IMG/VR virus record: IMGVR_UViG_3300028844_003404
Location: 1 to 58,790 of that record
Origin: a virus
Lineage: Duplodnaviria; Caudoviricetes
Length of the DNA: 58,790 nucleotides
Strand: one strand, 5' to 3'
Positions 47,301-58,001 of the stretch are shown piece after piece. The position numbers and the translations under genes were made by a program. Below the pieces are notes generated by a model that ran no database searches, was not told the DNA's origin, and saw only the letters and a program-made list of their open reading frames with translations. How positions within the stretch are numbered: position 1 is the first letter of the stretch; every line of letters starts with the position of its first letter.

Positions 47301-49749
47301 AATAAAAGTTGTTGTCGCGGTAAGAGGTGTTGACCCATATATGCCCAGACAAAGAGTTAGGTATGACTTATCTAAATTATTTGGTAGAGGAGTTGCAAGT
47401 CCTGATGACGAAGATTTAAATATATTTAACGGAGCGGTTACAGTAACTGGAGATTATTTTTTAAATATTCCTATACAACCTAACGATGTAGATATGATGA
47501 ATAACCCACCATGGAGGTATAACGATTATTCACCGATTGGGCATTATAGAATATGGCAAGGAGGGACAGATGAGGACCAAAATAAAAGAAATGCGTTATG
47601 GTTTCACGATTGTGATAATGATGGTAGGAGATACGATTCTTCTGGTAATATAGCGGGATATGGCTTTAACACAAAATTATGGCATGAACCATTTTTATTT
47701 ACACCAGACGCGGAATTATGGGAATCATTTGAAACTTATTGTCCGAATAAATATGTATCAATAGATAATCAGTTTACAGAAATCGAATCAGGCACTTTTG
47801 AAACATTTATGGGTAGAGTAAGTGACTCAGCTAAACGAGGAGTTTTTATACCTAGTGGGAATGATGATACATATACTGGTGTGAATGGAGGAAATTTACC
47901 CGGTGACGACTCAAAAAAATTCCCAAAATACGGAATAAACCCATGGTATCAAAGAAATATAGAAGGGTGTGGATATCAATATAGTGATACCGGAGGTGCC
48001 AATAGTGATAATAGGAAAAGACAATTAAGAAATAATGGAAATAAAGAATTATTTGCAATGTCTCCACTTTATTTACCTAAAAATTATAAAGATTTAGATG
48101 AAAGTGACGGTGTACCAAAAACATTTATGAATAACTCTCATAAAATTATTTTTAGAAGTGATAGAATACCTTCATCAGATAAATTTGACAGTCCCGACTT
48201 TAAATTTTTTGTTAGTCAGAAGAAGTTACAATTTAGAAGATATGCTTTACATATGAACCTACAACAACAATTGTTTCTTTCTGATGATAATGGTACTGTT
48301 GTAGATATTGACGGTAATGTACAACCTACAGATGCTAGCGGTAATTATTTAGACAGTATTGAAGACACTAATTGTGAGACGTCATTATTACTCTCAACCT
48401 TTAACTGTGGGTCTATGGTATCTTTAGGGTGTTACAGTGGTGATGGAGAAAACTTTGGAGTTGAAGTACCTTGTGAAGTTGAAGATGATGAAAGATGGGA
48501 TATTGAGGGTGACGAAAGAGTTCAGAATGGATGTTATGTATTTGTCATTAAAAAACCTATAAAGTCGTTAGGTGCGGATATAAAAATGTTATTTGAGTAT
48601 AGGACACGTCTTAGGTTTATGTTTGCGGTGTGTCAAGGAGTCATAGGAGAATCATTTCAAAATAACTGGTTAAATGGTTCTTTATATATGCCATCATTTC
48701 AGAAGCAAACAATATATAATTCAGATAATGAAGTTAAAAGGTACAGGTACTGTGGAGACCCACAACAGTTCTTTTCAAAACTAAGACACCAAGGTCCGTT
48801 ATATTTTAATACTAATACTAATTCTTTTTATTATCGTTCAACCCCGTTCAATGACACTACTAATCAATTTGTTGGTCAAGAACCGTCTAGAGATTACTAT
48901 TATGGTCAAAATTCTAAGAACCTGTGGTCACCAACCACAATAATGGAGTTAGGTCCAAGGGACGAGTTTACTAAGGAAATTGCGTTTTCACCTGAATTCG
49001 AAGGATATATAATCGACACATTAAAAACAACTACCTATCAAAGTCCATCTGGCGTGGTAAATTTATTTATACTATCTAGACTCGTTAATACAAGTTTCTT
49101 AGAACAGATATTAAATAATGGAGACGCCTCTGTCGGACAATTATTTTCTAGAGAATCTGGTACTGTTTTAGGTAGGTTATTTGATGCTAGGGTTGATGGG
49201 GACTTCGCTCAAATGGTAGGAATTAATTCAGAATACGGAGTGGTACCATTTTTAGAAGGTAACTATTGCGACAACGGAATTACAGTTCAAGACGATAGGT
49301 TTGGGATATGGTTTAGCTCTAACACTATTAATCGTAGAATCTTAACAAATGGTACTACAACATTTGGTACAGAACCTGAAGGTCCGTCAAATTACTTTGG
49401 TTATACGGACACTCAGGTAGTTCCTTATTATATGTGGAATATAAAAAATAATGGGTTGTTCGGTACAGAGTATAATACATGGGAGACAGACGTAGTATTT
49501 TCATCACAATATCAGGGAGATGACTTTTTTAATAGTACACAACCATATATGAAACCTAATATCGGTTATGGTAGAGGTCATATTTTTAATGCAAACGCCT
49601 TCGACCCTGAATATGATAGTTTACCTATTAATAATAGTAATCAAAATAACTTTAAAGTTGGTTCGCCTTTTTACTTTTATTTCGGGTTAAAGAGAGGTAA
49701 AAGTGCAATGAATAGATACATAAAAAAGTATATTTTTAATTTAGGATGA
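44341..49749 (+). CDS. large baseplate-region protein with carboxypeptidase-regulatory-like beta sandwich and a hydrophobic hairpin
   Basis: GVVTGRVV...GVPNVNVSI...KTNSSGDFMIVGVPLG; ~60-aa hydrophobic stretch at aa ~488-548. Confidence 0.6.
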   Translation: MPKSYRFRTQVGVDREVRLNIEQDFDFLEILSLKLRQEDLYERFCADYGVVTGRVVANGGFGVPNVNVSIFVPLDNVDENNIIISTLYPYKNLKTKNEDGYRYNLLPYKKEYGGHTPTGTFPDRQDVLTRREVLQVYEKYYKYTVKTNSSGDFMIVGVPLGQQKLIMDLDLSNMGQFSLRPSDLIRMGMGVPSQFNGQQFKASEDLSSLPQIVNSVKEIDVTPFWGDNDLCNVGITRSDFDLRDLGIEIEPQSIFMGSVFSSTEDDFIRGNCKPKNDVGKLCDVVAGPGQILALRHTISVDAEGQPILEQHQLEDGGNIIDDSGTWMIDLPMNLDYIITNEFGEQIISLDPKVGIPTKGKYRFRVKWQNEGGMSNDIFRADYLIPNIREHGWSGTTTDEMPSEEIRNKSYAFSLDWDEYYDKTAAINCEDSFYEFTYNKVYTIASHYDRFKWGFNRIKHLGIKEINDKTCQSEHNPLPVIEAQRNGSVLIFLFNFILSILTIPLIALLAIAHIITFIWPVIRAIIIVISAIINFVIYAICRIIASIPFTNKSKDDCVKKEVTPPPKESPFSTINFPMLSYPDCEACACDTNKPQGEENDTASQLESYSDEVNFGPIIDATYTETFSKQTGAASVDNADCPEASDEVRLTQGRLMCAGYDQFSKNGYYTIQLKEQGSGIEDCDWDIARSFNRRDQVQWYKSPAYPVFFANQKRVRWKLGAQPTWAQSLNLLNRRKMYFGEAAVATNKLQYNNWDTSSEGEYPAPYDTIAWNKRTTTSIQAELINNQINGVTPQAPSSNFNRWMDNAFIMVLDPGDDMERGQLFFFNDPSKINDPNFITFPDGNQFDTNGITGTCENSTTGYINKPFSYMDRTGAVQNTTLQLYNTASTMSYNFKSGVEYFQCIRTFTFDEIWSLGDASSDAANTLFYKFTNGEPDGSASVKASSLVRYITDYYQQYGNNWQGEEMGYNSSISKRVDNDGGIADDIASSIKVVVAVRGVDPYMPRQRVRYDLSKLFGRGVASPDDEDLNIFNGAVTVTGDYFLNIPIQPNDVDMMNNPPWRYNDYSPIGHYRIWQGGTDEDQNKRNALWFHDCDNDGRRYDSSGNIAGYGFNTKLWHEPFLFTPDAELWESFETYCPNKYVSIDNQFTEIESGTFETFMGRVSDSAKRGVFIPSGNDDTYTGVNGGNLPGDDSKKFPKYGINPWYQRNIEGCGYQYSDTGGANSDNRKRQLRNNGNKELFAMSPLYLPKNYKDLDESDGVPKTFMNNSHKIIFRSDRIPSSDKFDSPDFKFFVSQKKLQFRRYALHMNLQQQLFLSDDNGTVVDIDGNVQPTDASGNYLDSIEDTNCETSLLLSTFNCGSMVSLGCYSGDGENFGVEVPCEVEDDERWDIEGDERVQNGCYVFVIKKPIKSLGADIKMLFEYRTRLRFMFAVCQGVIGESFQNNWLNGSLYMPSFQKQTIYNSDNEVKRYRYCGDPQQFFSKLRHQGPLYFNTNTNSFYYRSTPFNDTTNQFVGQEPSRDYYYGQNSKNLWSPTTIMELGPRDEFTKEIAFSPEFEGYIIDTLKTTTYQSPSGVVNLFILSRLVNTSFLEQILNNGDASVGQLFSRESGTVLGRLFDARVDGDFAQMVGINSEYGVVPFLEGNYCDNGITVQDDRFGIWFSSNTINRRILTNGTTTFGTEPEGPSNYFGYTDTQVVPYYMWNIKNNGLFGTEYNTWETDVVFSSQYQGDDFFNSTQPYMKPNIGYGRGHIFNANAFDPEYDSLPINNSNQNNFKVGSPFYFYFGLKRGKSAMNRYIKKYIFNLG

Positions 49750-51461
49750 GTAATAAAAAAAACTCAGATATTAGAATAGTTAGAGGTGAAGACCGGTTTG
49801 CGGGCGCTTCTAATACTGATTTATTGATTAACGTTAATTTAGAGAGTAAAGAAAAAAATCTTATAGAAGGTGATAGAAGTTATGTTTTAAATTTAGAACA
49901 AAGATTTGATGATGAGAGACAAAAGTCTACTAAATTTAGAATTGCAGGTAAAATAACTAACATATTTAACAATATCATTAGTGGGCAAACTACCTATGAA
50001 CCATTTAGAAATTCTTTATTTTATGTAAACGCGTATAACGCCGTTTCTTTAGGGTCTCCATGGCAAGGATACCCTCAATACGATGAATTTACTTTTTTTA
50101 GAACTAGAGGGATAGAGGGTCATATACCGTTTATAAATAAAAGTGCTAGTTCATATAATTGGATGACATATGTGACATATGCTAGTGGAAATAATACAAC
50201 TCAGAACTTAAGACAAACAGTAAACTTCGAAAGCGGTACATCGGTTAATAATTTTGTGGTAAGTGACGGTGTTCCATACTATATAATTAATACTCAAGAT
50301 AGGGGCAAAAATTTAATTACTTTTTATTGTGGGTTTAAACATAACTTATCACTTGGAGACTGGATTTACACTAAAGACGAAATAAACGGTAAGAGGTATT
50401 TTGAAGTATATCAATTAGGGGATGCTTCATATGATAATGAGATGAGTGTTTTTTCTATTTTTAATTATGGATTTACCGACCCTCTTTTTGGTAATTACTC
50501 TATAGGTAATTTCAAAAAAGTTATTGATATAAATAATAAAGAAGAGACCACTTCACAATATTATGTTAGGGAACATAAAGTACTTACAAAAAATACTCAC
50601 TCCGACTTAACAAAATTAGGATATGAAACTAATCCTTTTCCTGTTAAAAAACAATTAGAATACTCGGCATTAACACCTAATAATATAGAAAGGGTGTCCA
50701 TTAAAGACGGTAACAATAGCGTTGGATTTTCTTTTGACAAAGATATTGATATTAATACGTTAAGAGATAATTTAGAAAGACCTTTAAGTGAGTTATTTGT
50801 TACAATCATAAATAAAGGTTATATGGGTTGGTTTAATAATCCATACGTACCTAATAATACTACTGGAGTTCAGGTAGGTTGGGATTTAAACTTTTTGAAG
50901 GATACTGTAGACGAGTGGTGGGATGTTAATAATACTACTAATCGAGATAACATCCCTAATGGAAGTTATGAGTACAATAGTAATACATTTTTTTATAATA
51001 AAAATTTAGAAATTGGACATAAGTTAATGGGTGATATATGTGACTATAACGATTACGAACAAAAAGAAACGGTACTATCAAATATAAGTCATAAAATATC
51101 TTATAATCCTCAGACTTTCGATAATAATAGTATTAATACTCTACCTAACGGATACGCTTATAAACCACATTACAATGTACCTATACGAACCTATTCTGAT
51201 TACCTTGAAGTCGGTGAAGAAAATTCAGTAGACTTAGTACCCGATTACGCCTTTTTATCCAAATATGAAAGGCAATGGAGATGGAGAGATTTATATCCAT
51301 ATGGATATAAAGATACTGATGGTAATGGTATTGATAACCCATTTTTAAATGGAGCCCACTACCCATTTAAAGAAATAATATTTCTACTAACGCCCATGAA
51401 AAGAAATGATAATAATTACAACAATGTAATATTTGCCCCAATATCTGATGACTGTGAATAA
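49746..51461 (+). CDS. putative virion structural protein
   Basis: 571 aa, Asn/Tyr-rich; ATGA-coupled within the baseplate operon. Confidence 0.65.
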   Translation: MSNKKNSDIRIVRGEDRFAGASNTDLLINVNLESKEKNLIEGDRSYVLNLEQRFDDERQKSTKFRIAGKITNIFNNIISGQTTYEPFRNSLFYVNAYNAVSLGSPWQGYPQYDEFTFFRTRGIEGHIPFINKSASSYNWMTYVTYASGNNTTQNLRQTVNFESGTSVNNFVVSDGVPYYIINTQDRGKNLITFYCGFKHNLSLGDWIYTKDEINGKRYFEVYQLGDASYDNEMSVFSIFNYGFTDPLFGNYSIGNFKKVIDINNKEETTSQYYVREHKVLTKNTHSDLTKLGYETNPFPVKKQLEYSALTPNNIERVSIKDGNNSVGFSFDKDIDINTLRDNLERPLSELFVTIINKGYMGWFNNPYVPNNTTGVQVGWDLNFLKDTVDEWWDVNNTTNRDNIPNGSYEYNSNTFFYNKNLEIGHKLMGDICDYNDYEQKETVLSNISHKISYNPQTFDNNSINTLPNGYAYKPHYNVPIRTYSDYLEVGEENSVDLVPDYAFLSKYERQWRWRDLYPYGYKDTDGNGIDNPFLNGAHYPFKEIIFLLTPMKRNDNNYNNVIFAPISDDCE

Positions 51462-53073
51462 GTATAAAATTAAAATATCACCAAATGACAGGTACATCAA
51501 TATACCTATCCAAATCGACACCGACCTTTTAGGTAGGGATGATTTAATTGATGAATTTGAAGATGAAACAATAGAAAAAGTAATAAATCCTATTGAAGAT
51601 TTTGAATTAACTAGATTTGCTCATAAAGATTGGGTTGAAAACAATCAATTAAAATCTAGTATCGAACATAAATTCTTTTTTTATAATAGAGAGCAAGATA
51701 TAGGTAGTATTTCTAACACTAATAGCTCAGTTTGGGTTAATGATTACAATTTTACGAACAATCCTAATTATATTGATACATGTTTTACAGAGGCGGACGT
51801 TTACTATAACTCAAATTCATTTAGAAACAGTTTTTTTAAGTTAGACTTATACGATACTATTGATACTGAAACTCAAAAACTTTATTTAACGATAATAATA
51901 CCCACGCAACAGGGTAAGACTAGACTTTCATCTACTGAACCATTCGTAGATAGTAGTGGTCCGATACAAGGACCTGATTTACCTGACTTACAACCTGATT
52001 CACCTTCAGGCGCTCGTAATGCGTCGGAAAGGATGAGTCAAAAAGTGTATGAAGATGAATTAAATAGATTAATTATAGAAAAAGAAAACAACCCAAAAAA
52101 ATACGAAACTACAAATATACATAATCGAGCCCATAAGGCTCAACTACAATATGAGTTGGACGAGGTTGTAAGGAAAGTTGAAGAAAGTAGAAACGAACAT
52201 AAAAAAGATAGTCTAACGACTACTACACCATTAATAACTCCATCTATAACACCATCATTATCGTCTACAATTCCTTCAGATGTTAATTTATTGTTTGATT
52301 CTTATGAGGTTACATTTGTAAATTGTAATTCAGAAACATTAACAAAGTATATATCGGTAAATTTATGGAATAATTTCTTTGATTGGCCGACTTATGGATA
52401 TTCAACAAACTTTGATTCTGTATGTTATGAAATAACAAGTGCAAATACATCTACAATTATACCTGACCCACCTTTATCAGACTACATACAGTCTTCTTAT
52501 GGATTTGTAAATAATGATTGTGGGTGTATAACACCTACACCTACACCGACTAATAGTGTTACATCCACTCCACCTCCTACCCTAACCCCTACTCCAACAC
52601 CAACGACTTCACCTCCACCTCCACCAACACCAACGGCTAGTTATATCCCTGCAGAAGATGTGGGAAATGTCAATAATAATCCAAATGGTATTGGTAGTGG
52701 GGGTACACCGTCTTTAGTTACCGCACCGGCAAACGCTCAAATTAAAATACCCGACTTTATTTTAGATTACGTAGGGGATAAAGAGGGATACTTTATTTAT
52801 TGGTTAAAAAATCCTAACTACTTAGTTATTAATGATTTTTATATGTCCGCTAAATTTTTTAATGCCAAAACAGGTCAATTTATTAGAATGATGAACCAAC
52901 CTCAAAACTCAATACCTACGAGATATAACTTTAATAATGCGGATTACTTTTATTATAAAATATTGATGGACTATGATAATTATGAATATGAGGTTAATAA
53001 TACACAATCAAATCAAAGGGTGGGAACATCGTTAAATGAAATAAAATGGTATGAATATGTTAATCCATCATGA
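51448..53073 (+). CDS. putative virion structural protein with Cys-module / Pro-Thr insertion
   Basis: Start ATG 51448 or GTG 51454; aromatic-rich N and C parts separated by a low-complexity insert. Confidence 0.65.
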   Translation: MTVNKYKIKISPNDRYINIPIQIDTDLLGRDDLIDEFEDETIEKVINPIEDFELTRFAHKDWVENNQLKSSIEHKFFFYNREQDIGSISNTNSSVWVNDYNFTNNPNYIDTCFTEADVYYNSNSFRNSFFKLDLYDTIDTETQKLYLTIIIPTQQGKTRLSSTEPFVDSSGPIQGPDLPDLQPDSPSGARNASERMSQKVYEDELNRLIIEKENNPKKYETTNIHNRAHKAQLQYELDEVVRKVEESRNEHKKDSLTTTTPLITPSITPSLSSTIPSDVNLLFDSYEVTFVNCNSETLTKYISVNLWNNFFDWPTYGYSTNFDSVCYEITSANTSTIIPDPPLSDYIQSSYGFVNNDCGCITPTPTPTNSVTSTPPPTLTPTPTPTTSPPPPPTPTASYIPAEDVGNVNNNPNGIGSGGTPSLVTAPANAQIKIPDFILDYVGDKEGYFIYWLKNPNYLVINDFYMSAKFFNAKTGQFIRMMNQPQNSIPTRYNFNNADYFYYKILMDYDNYEYEVNNTQSNQRVGTSLNEIKWYEYVNPS

Positions 53074-54140
53074 ACGAAGAGAGGTACTATATAAAAATAT
53101 CACCAGAATCTTTAAAAAGTGATATTGTTCAGCAAACTTATAGTGGTAATACGTTTGGTGTTTATTCTGCAATGACACAAATATTAAGTGGTGGGACTAA
53201 TGGTGATAGTTTACTAACAGATTTAACAGTACCTATCGTTTTTAATCAAACTTTTGATGATATGGGATTCTACTCAACATTTGATGGGTTTGTCTTACAA
53301 AAAGATGTGGTATCTAACTTTATAGTTAGTGGGGACCCGACCAACGACTTTAAAGTTAAATTATATAACACTTCAGACCAGTTAAAAAAGTTTTTAAAGT
53401 TATCTACCTACACTGTAGATTGGGGAGACGGTACCGTGGAGCCTTTTACCGCGATTTATCCAGATTACATGGAACATGAGTATCCACCATTAACTTCATC
53501 ATATAAAATAGAGTTAACACAAAATAATCCTTGGGGTGTGACAAATATAGTTAAAGGAGTTTCAATACCTAATACATTGGTCACCATATCCAATCCCTCA
53601 GAAACTATAACGTTCACTCAACAAGGGGGTAATTGGGCCAATATCCCGATTAGTTATAATTTTATTTTTACAGGAGACTCAGAAAATACTGTAAGCGCTC
53701 AATCAAGTAATCAAACATTTACTATAACAGGATTTACTTCTTCACAACTTAATAATTTAAAACTTTACGGACCGATAAAATACGATACCTCGGTTGTGGT
53801 AAAGAAGAATAATGAAGATTACGGTAGAGTAACTGAGATAACAGATGCGTATACGGCATATACAATACAAGACGTAGAATACTATGATTACCCCAACGGT
53901 AAGACTTTATTTTTTATAGAATCTAACGGAATAACTGACAATACAGTAGTTGCAGAACCGATTACCAAAGAAGAAGTATTATTTGGTGTAGTTTCCTCAC
54001 CGGAAATACAATCCCAAATATTTATTGATAGAGGTAAAAATTCTGCGTTCGAAGGAATACAGAGACTCGGAGAAGTTGATAACATCGGAGACTTAGTATC
54101 TTATGGGTACGGTTTCTTTAAAATAAAAGAACAACAGTAA
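53070..54140 (+). CDS. virion protein with PKD-like domain
   Basis: YTVDWGDG...HEY...YKIELT PKD signature. Confidence 0.65.
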   Translation: MNEERYYIKISPESLKSDIVQQTYSGNTFGVYSAMTQILSGGTNGDSLLTDLTVPIVFNQTFDDMGFYSTFDGFVLQKDVVSNFIVSGDPTNDFKVKLYNTSDQLKKFLKLSTYTVDWGDGTVEPFTAIYPDYMEHEYPPLTSSYKIELTQNNPWGVTNIVKGVSIPNTLVTISNPSETITFTQQGGNWANIPISYNFIFTGDSENTVSAQSSNQTFTITGFTSSQLNNLKLYGPIKYDTSVVVKKNNEDYGRVTEITDAYTAYTIQDVEYYDYPNGKTLFFIESNGITDNTVVAEPITKEEVLFGVVSSPEIQSQIFIDRGKNSAFEGIQRLGEVDNIGDLVSYGYGFFKIKEQQ

Positions 54141-54141
54141 A

Positions 54142-55050
54142 ATGGCTTTAGGAACATACGGAACAACAAGACCAGCAGACATGTCCCCTGAGGACGTGGA
54201 AATAATATTAAATTACACCCCGTCAAGGGATGTGACCAACAACTTTGAATTAAAAACTTTAAACGCCTCAGAAGTTTTAACGCCTTATTTTCATAATGCA
54301 GATACAGGAGGAAATGCCGACCTTGAAATATTAGGGGGATTATATAACCTTAAATTACCTGCGGATGAATTTAATCAAATTGGTATATATACTCTATATA
54401 TAAGACCTGTGGAGATACGGACTACAATTACTGATTGTGGAGTACTTTCATCGTTACCTAACGTAAAAGGGATAATTGTAGATTTAAACAATGTACCTTC
54501 TCAGTATAGAAATAGATTCGTTAATCAAGGATTAGTTGGTCATAGAGTAGAGTATTTAAATAATGATGGTACAAAAATTACTAATTTTTATAGAATTATA
54601 ACATCATCATTTTATTGTGAGCCCGTAGTTACTAATCTCACTAACTCATCACAAAAATCTATTAGATATAGATATGTGGATGGTGGTAGTGATTTATTGT
54701 TTTGTACAGTTTCACCGGCAAGTGCTCCGTCGAATAGGCCGAGTGCAACTCCATTTATAGGTCAACCTAATCAAAATATAATAATTACTAATACATTTTT
54801 TAATCCGATAACATTGGATATTGAATTAGCAGAAAATGACATCGATACGTTGGCAATTGCACTTTATGGTAATCAGACTAAATCCATTGAAGATGGAGTT
54901 TATACCTTATATGACAACGACCTTAATATTTACAAACAATATAACCTATATGAGATTAGGGACGAGTTTAACAATTTATTATATGAGGTTAGACAAAATA
55001 GAGGGGATAATATAGATTTCAGTAAAAACTTCACCAATATCACACAGTAA
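54142..55050 (+). CDS. putative baseplate / virion structural protein
   Basis: 302 aa, tightly coupled in the baseplate operon; no motif recognised. Confidence 0.65.
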   Translation: MALGTYGTTRPADMSPEDVEIILNYTPSRDVTNNFELKTLNASEVLTPYFHNADTGGNADLEILGGLYNLKLPADEFNQIGIYTLYIRPVEIRTTITDCGVLSSLPNVKGIIVDLNNVPSQYRNRFVNQGLVGHRVEYLNNDGTKITNFYRIITSSFYCEPVVTNLTNSSQKSIRYRYVDGGSDLLFCTVSPASAPSNRPSATPFIGQPNQNIIITNTFFNPITLDIELAENDIDTLAIALYGNQTKSIEDGVYTLYDNDLNIYKQYNLYEIRDEFNNLLYEVRQNRGDNIDFSKNFTNITQ

Positions 55051-58001
55051 TGGCTGATAACAAGTTTAGATATCCACCAGCTCCTCCTAATGCTAGAGGA
55101 ACATTTTCTGACAACTTAGTTGGTTTACAACTTGTTGATGGTGGAGGTCTTACGCAGGCAAATTTTGAATTCACAACAAATGTTGTTGAAAAGGTTAATA
55201 GAACTTTTGATACGGGTGTCTTTTCTAATCCTATATCATTAAATGATTTAGATTTTAACAGTATTGAAGAATCTAAGATAGTATTGGCTAAAAACTTTAA
55301 AGTTTACCCTAATTATGATATAAGTCAGGTTACTAATTTTGCGATGTATGGTTCTTTAAGAAAAAGAATGTCATCTTCAGTAACAAATATAGTTAATTTT
55401 TTTCCAGCTGCAATATCTATAGATAGGATTTATTATGATTATAACACAGGATATACGGCTTATAATATTTCTTATGATGATATTGAAGGTTTAACAACTT
55501 TTGATATTGACGTTACCAGATTTAAAAATCCATTCGATATTGATTACTCAGAAAATTCCGATAGGAATATCTCAGTTAGACCTTTTGAGGTGAGCCCTTT
55601 AAGAAATCTTACTAGACATTTCTTAAAGTATTCTTTATTTTTTGAGGATTTGAAGACTGAATATAAATTTGTTGACTTCGACCCTTCAACAAAACTATCG
55701 GCAGGGACTGTACAAATCGTAGTACAAGGAAATCCTTTCAGTGGCCAATCCACTTCAGTTGATAATATTTTATTAAAACCAAATAAAGAAGAAACGGATA
55801 AAGTATTTATCGACGATTTTAATGAAGTAGAAGATTTCTTATTAAATCGTTTAGTAGTTCCAATATACACTTCTAAATTTGAAATATTAAGGGAGGGGCA
55901 AGACGGTCAAGTATATAAGGCTTATCAGAGTATAACTTGGAGTTTAGACGGGACTTGGAATTTAGATATAAGAACAAATAAGTTTGATAATTACTTAACA
56001 GAATTAAATAGTATATCTGATGAAATTGATGAGTATAAGAGTAATTTAATATCGAGATTTTTAACCACAGGGGCTTTTAAAGATTTTGACACTCCTAATA
56101 AAAATGTCGAAAAGGTTTTACAATTATATGGTAGGAGTTTTGATGAAACTAAAAAGTTCATTGACGCGTTATCTTATATGAATTCAGTTAATTATGTCGT
56201 GCAAAATGATATACCTTCTCAGTTATTAACAAATTTGGCTCAGACAATAGGATGGGACACTAACATTTCACCGATTACGAATGATAAGTTCCTAAGTAGT
56301 GTATTTGGAAATCAAGATGGTAACGTATTTCCTGGTCAATCAGTAAATAAGACACCAACCGAACTTAACTATCAGTATTATAGAAATTTAATATTAAATT
56401 CCGCTTACTTATTTAAATCTAAAGGTACTAGACGCTCAATAGAGGCTCTTATGAGACTAGTCGGGGCTCCCGACGCATTAATAGACTTTAATGAAATAAT
56501 TTATTTAGCTGACGGTCCAATAAATATAGAAAGATTTAATGAAGAATACGCAACTATAACGGGAGGTACTAAGACCACAGAAACGCCGGTTTTAGACCCA
56601 AACGTTACTTTTAGTTTTGAAGGTGTTACATATACCGGGTTTACAACTCAACTAACATTAAGTAATGTAGATACTGTTAGAAATGATTATCCTGTTGATA
56701 GTTTTGGATATCCACAATCTCCGGTAGAGACTGAAGAAATGTTTTTTGAAAAAGGTGCTGGATGGTACGAACAGACACCTGAACATAGGGCGCCTACTGT
56801 GTTAGATACTACAGATTCTGTTTTCACAGGACAAAACCCTGATATACAGACAACCTTAGAACCGTTTACTTATGGTCAAAAATATTTTAATAGATTTAGA
56901 GATTTCCCATATATGGATTTGGGTTTTGGTTTAACAAGAACCTATGATAATAATAAATCTTGGACAGATAATGAATTAGGTTTAAGGAGAAATACTGAGG
57001 CTGGTTATAATGCCTATTATGTGGTAGATAATGAAAAATTGGTATTAAATGCTAAAAATATCGATTTAGGGTTAAATATGGGTCAAGGTATTATATACGA
57101 TATATGGGATATGTCAAAAAAATATAATTACCCATTCCCTTCAACAGGTTTAACATCACCTTATCCTTATCCTGAAGGAATTGATTGGACAGTAATTAAT
57201 CCAAAGCCAAAAGAAAAGACATTTTTTGAATTTGCTCAGACCTTTTATCGTAACATGATTAATGTTAGGAATAGACAAACAATAACAGACGGTAAAGGAG
57301 GCGGGTATCCGACACTACAATCAGTTTATTGGAAATATCTTAACTCAGAAGAGTCTGTAGGTATACCATCCAATAAATATACCTATCAAAAAATGATTGA
57401 TTTCACTAATGGTATTGGTGATTATTGGATGAAACTAATTGAACAGATGATTCCCGCTTCAACTATATGGATGGGGGGTCAAAAAATGGAAAATAACGTA
57501 TTACAGAGACAAAAAGTAGTATGGAGAAGACAAAGAGGATGTGAGTTAGTACCGATACCCTGCATACCATGTACATTCACGGGTCAATTACTTGGTAGTG
57601 ACTGTACTACACAAACTTTAGACTGTGATATTGGATTAACAAATCCACAAACGACATTGATAAATAGCATTAATAGTGCGGTTGGTAACGAAGGGTATAA
57701 TGTAAGTGACTGTCAATTAAACACTTTGACAAGTTTGTGGTATGTGGATATAAGACTTAGTGGTTCATTACTTAGAAAAGATTTATTCTACACTGGATAT
57801 GGAAGTGGTGATTACCCATCTAGTGCTGAGTGGTTGACGGCGGTAGAGACATCTTTATCTAATTTATCTCAGGACGGACTATCTTATAGTATTAACGGTA
57901 ATAACATAACAGTTACTAATATAGGGTGTAATAATGATTTTACTAATAAAACTTTGCAAATAAACGCAGGAGTCAACATAAATATTAATTGTACGTCATG
58001 A
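55050..58001 (+). CDS. baseplate wedge protein (T4 gp7 / P2 gpI-like)
   Basis: LLTNLAQTIGW...AYLFKSKGTRRSIEALMRLVG motif and late IEQMIPAS segment typical of gpI/gp7-like wedges. Confidence 0.6.
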   Translation: MADNKFRYPPAPPNARGTFSDNLVGLQLVDGGGLTQANFEFTTNVVEKVNRTFDTGVFSNPISLNDLDFNSIEESKIVLAKNFKVYPNYDISQVTNFAMYGSLRKRMSSSVTNIVNFFPAAISIDRIYYDYNTGYTAYNISYDDIEGLTTFDIDVTRFKNPFDIDYSENSDRNISVRPFEVSPLRNLTRHFLKYSLFFEDLKTEYKFVDFDPSTKLSAGTVQIVVQGNPFSGQSTSVDNILLKPNKEETDKVFIDDFNEVEDFLLNRLVVPIYTSKFEILREGQDGQVYKAYQSITWSLDGTWNLDIRTNKFDNYLTELNSISDEIDEYKSNLISRFLTTGAFKDFDTPNKNVEKVLQLYGRSFDETKKFIDALSYMNSVNYVVQNDIPSQLLTNLAQTIGWDTNISPITNDKFLSSVFGNQDGNVFPGQSVNKTPTELNYQYYRNLILNSAYLFKSKGTRRSIEALMRLVGAPDALIDFNEIIYLADGPINIERFNEEYATITGGTKTTETPVLDPNVTFSFEGVTYTGFTTQLTLSNVDTVRNDYPVDSFGYPQSPVETEEMFFEKGAGWYEQTPEHRAPTVLDTTDSVFTGQNPDIQTTLEPFTYGQKYFNRFRDFPYMDLGFGLTRTYDNNKSWTDNELGLRRNTEAGYNAYYVVDNEKLVLNAKNIDLGLNMGQGIIYDIWDMSKKYNYPFPSTGLTSPYPYPEGIDWTVINPKPKEKTFFEFAQTFYRNMINVRNRQTITDGKGGGYPTLQSVYWKYLNSEESVGIPSNKYTYQKMIDFTNGIGDYWMKLIEQMIPASTIWMGGQKMENNVLQRQKVVWRRQRGCELVPIPCIPCTFTGQLLGSDCTTQTLDCDIGLTNPQTTLINSINSAVGNEGYNVSDCQLNTLTSLWYVDIRLSGSLLRKDLFYTGYGSGDYPSSAEWLTAVETSLSNLSQDGLSYSINGNNITVTNIGCNNDFTNKTLQINAGVNININCTS

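Noticed and set aside
425-55870. Numerous 60-142-aa ORFs nested in or antisense to long genes (e.g. 2457-2777, 18495-18923, 19159-19578, 27328-27672, 55544-55870)
   Set aside because: Fully overlap well-supported genes, show antisense-typical Ser/Leu/Phe composition and no motifs.
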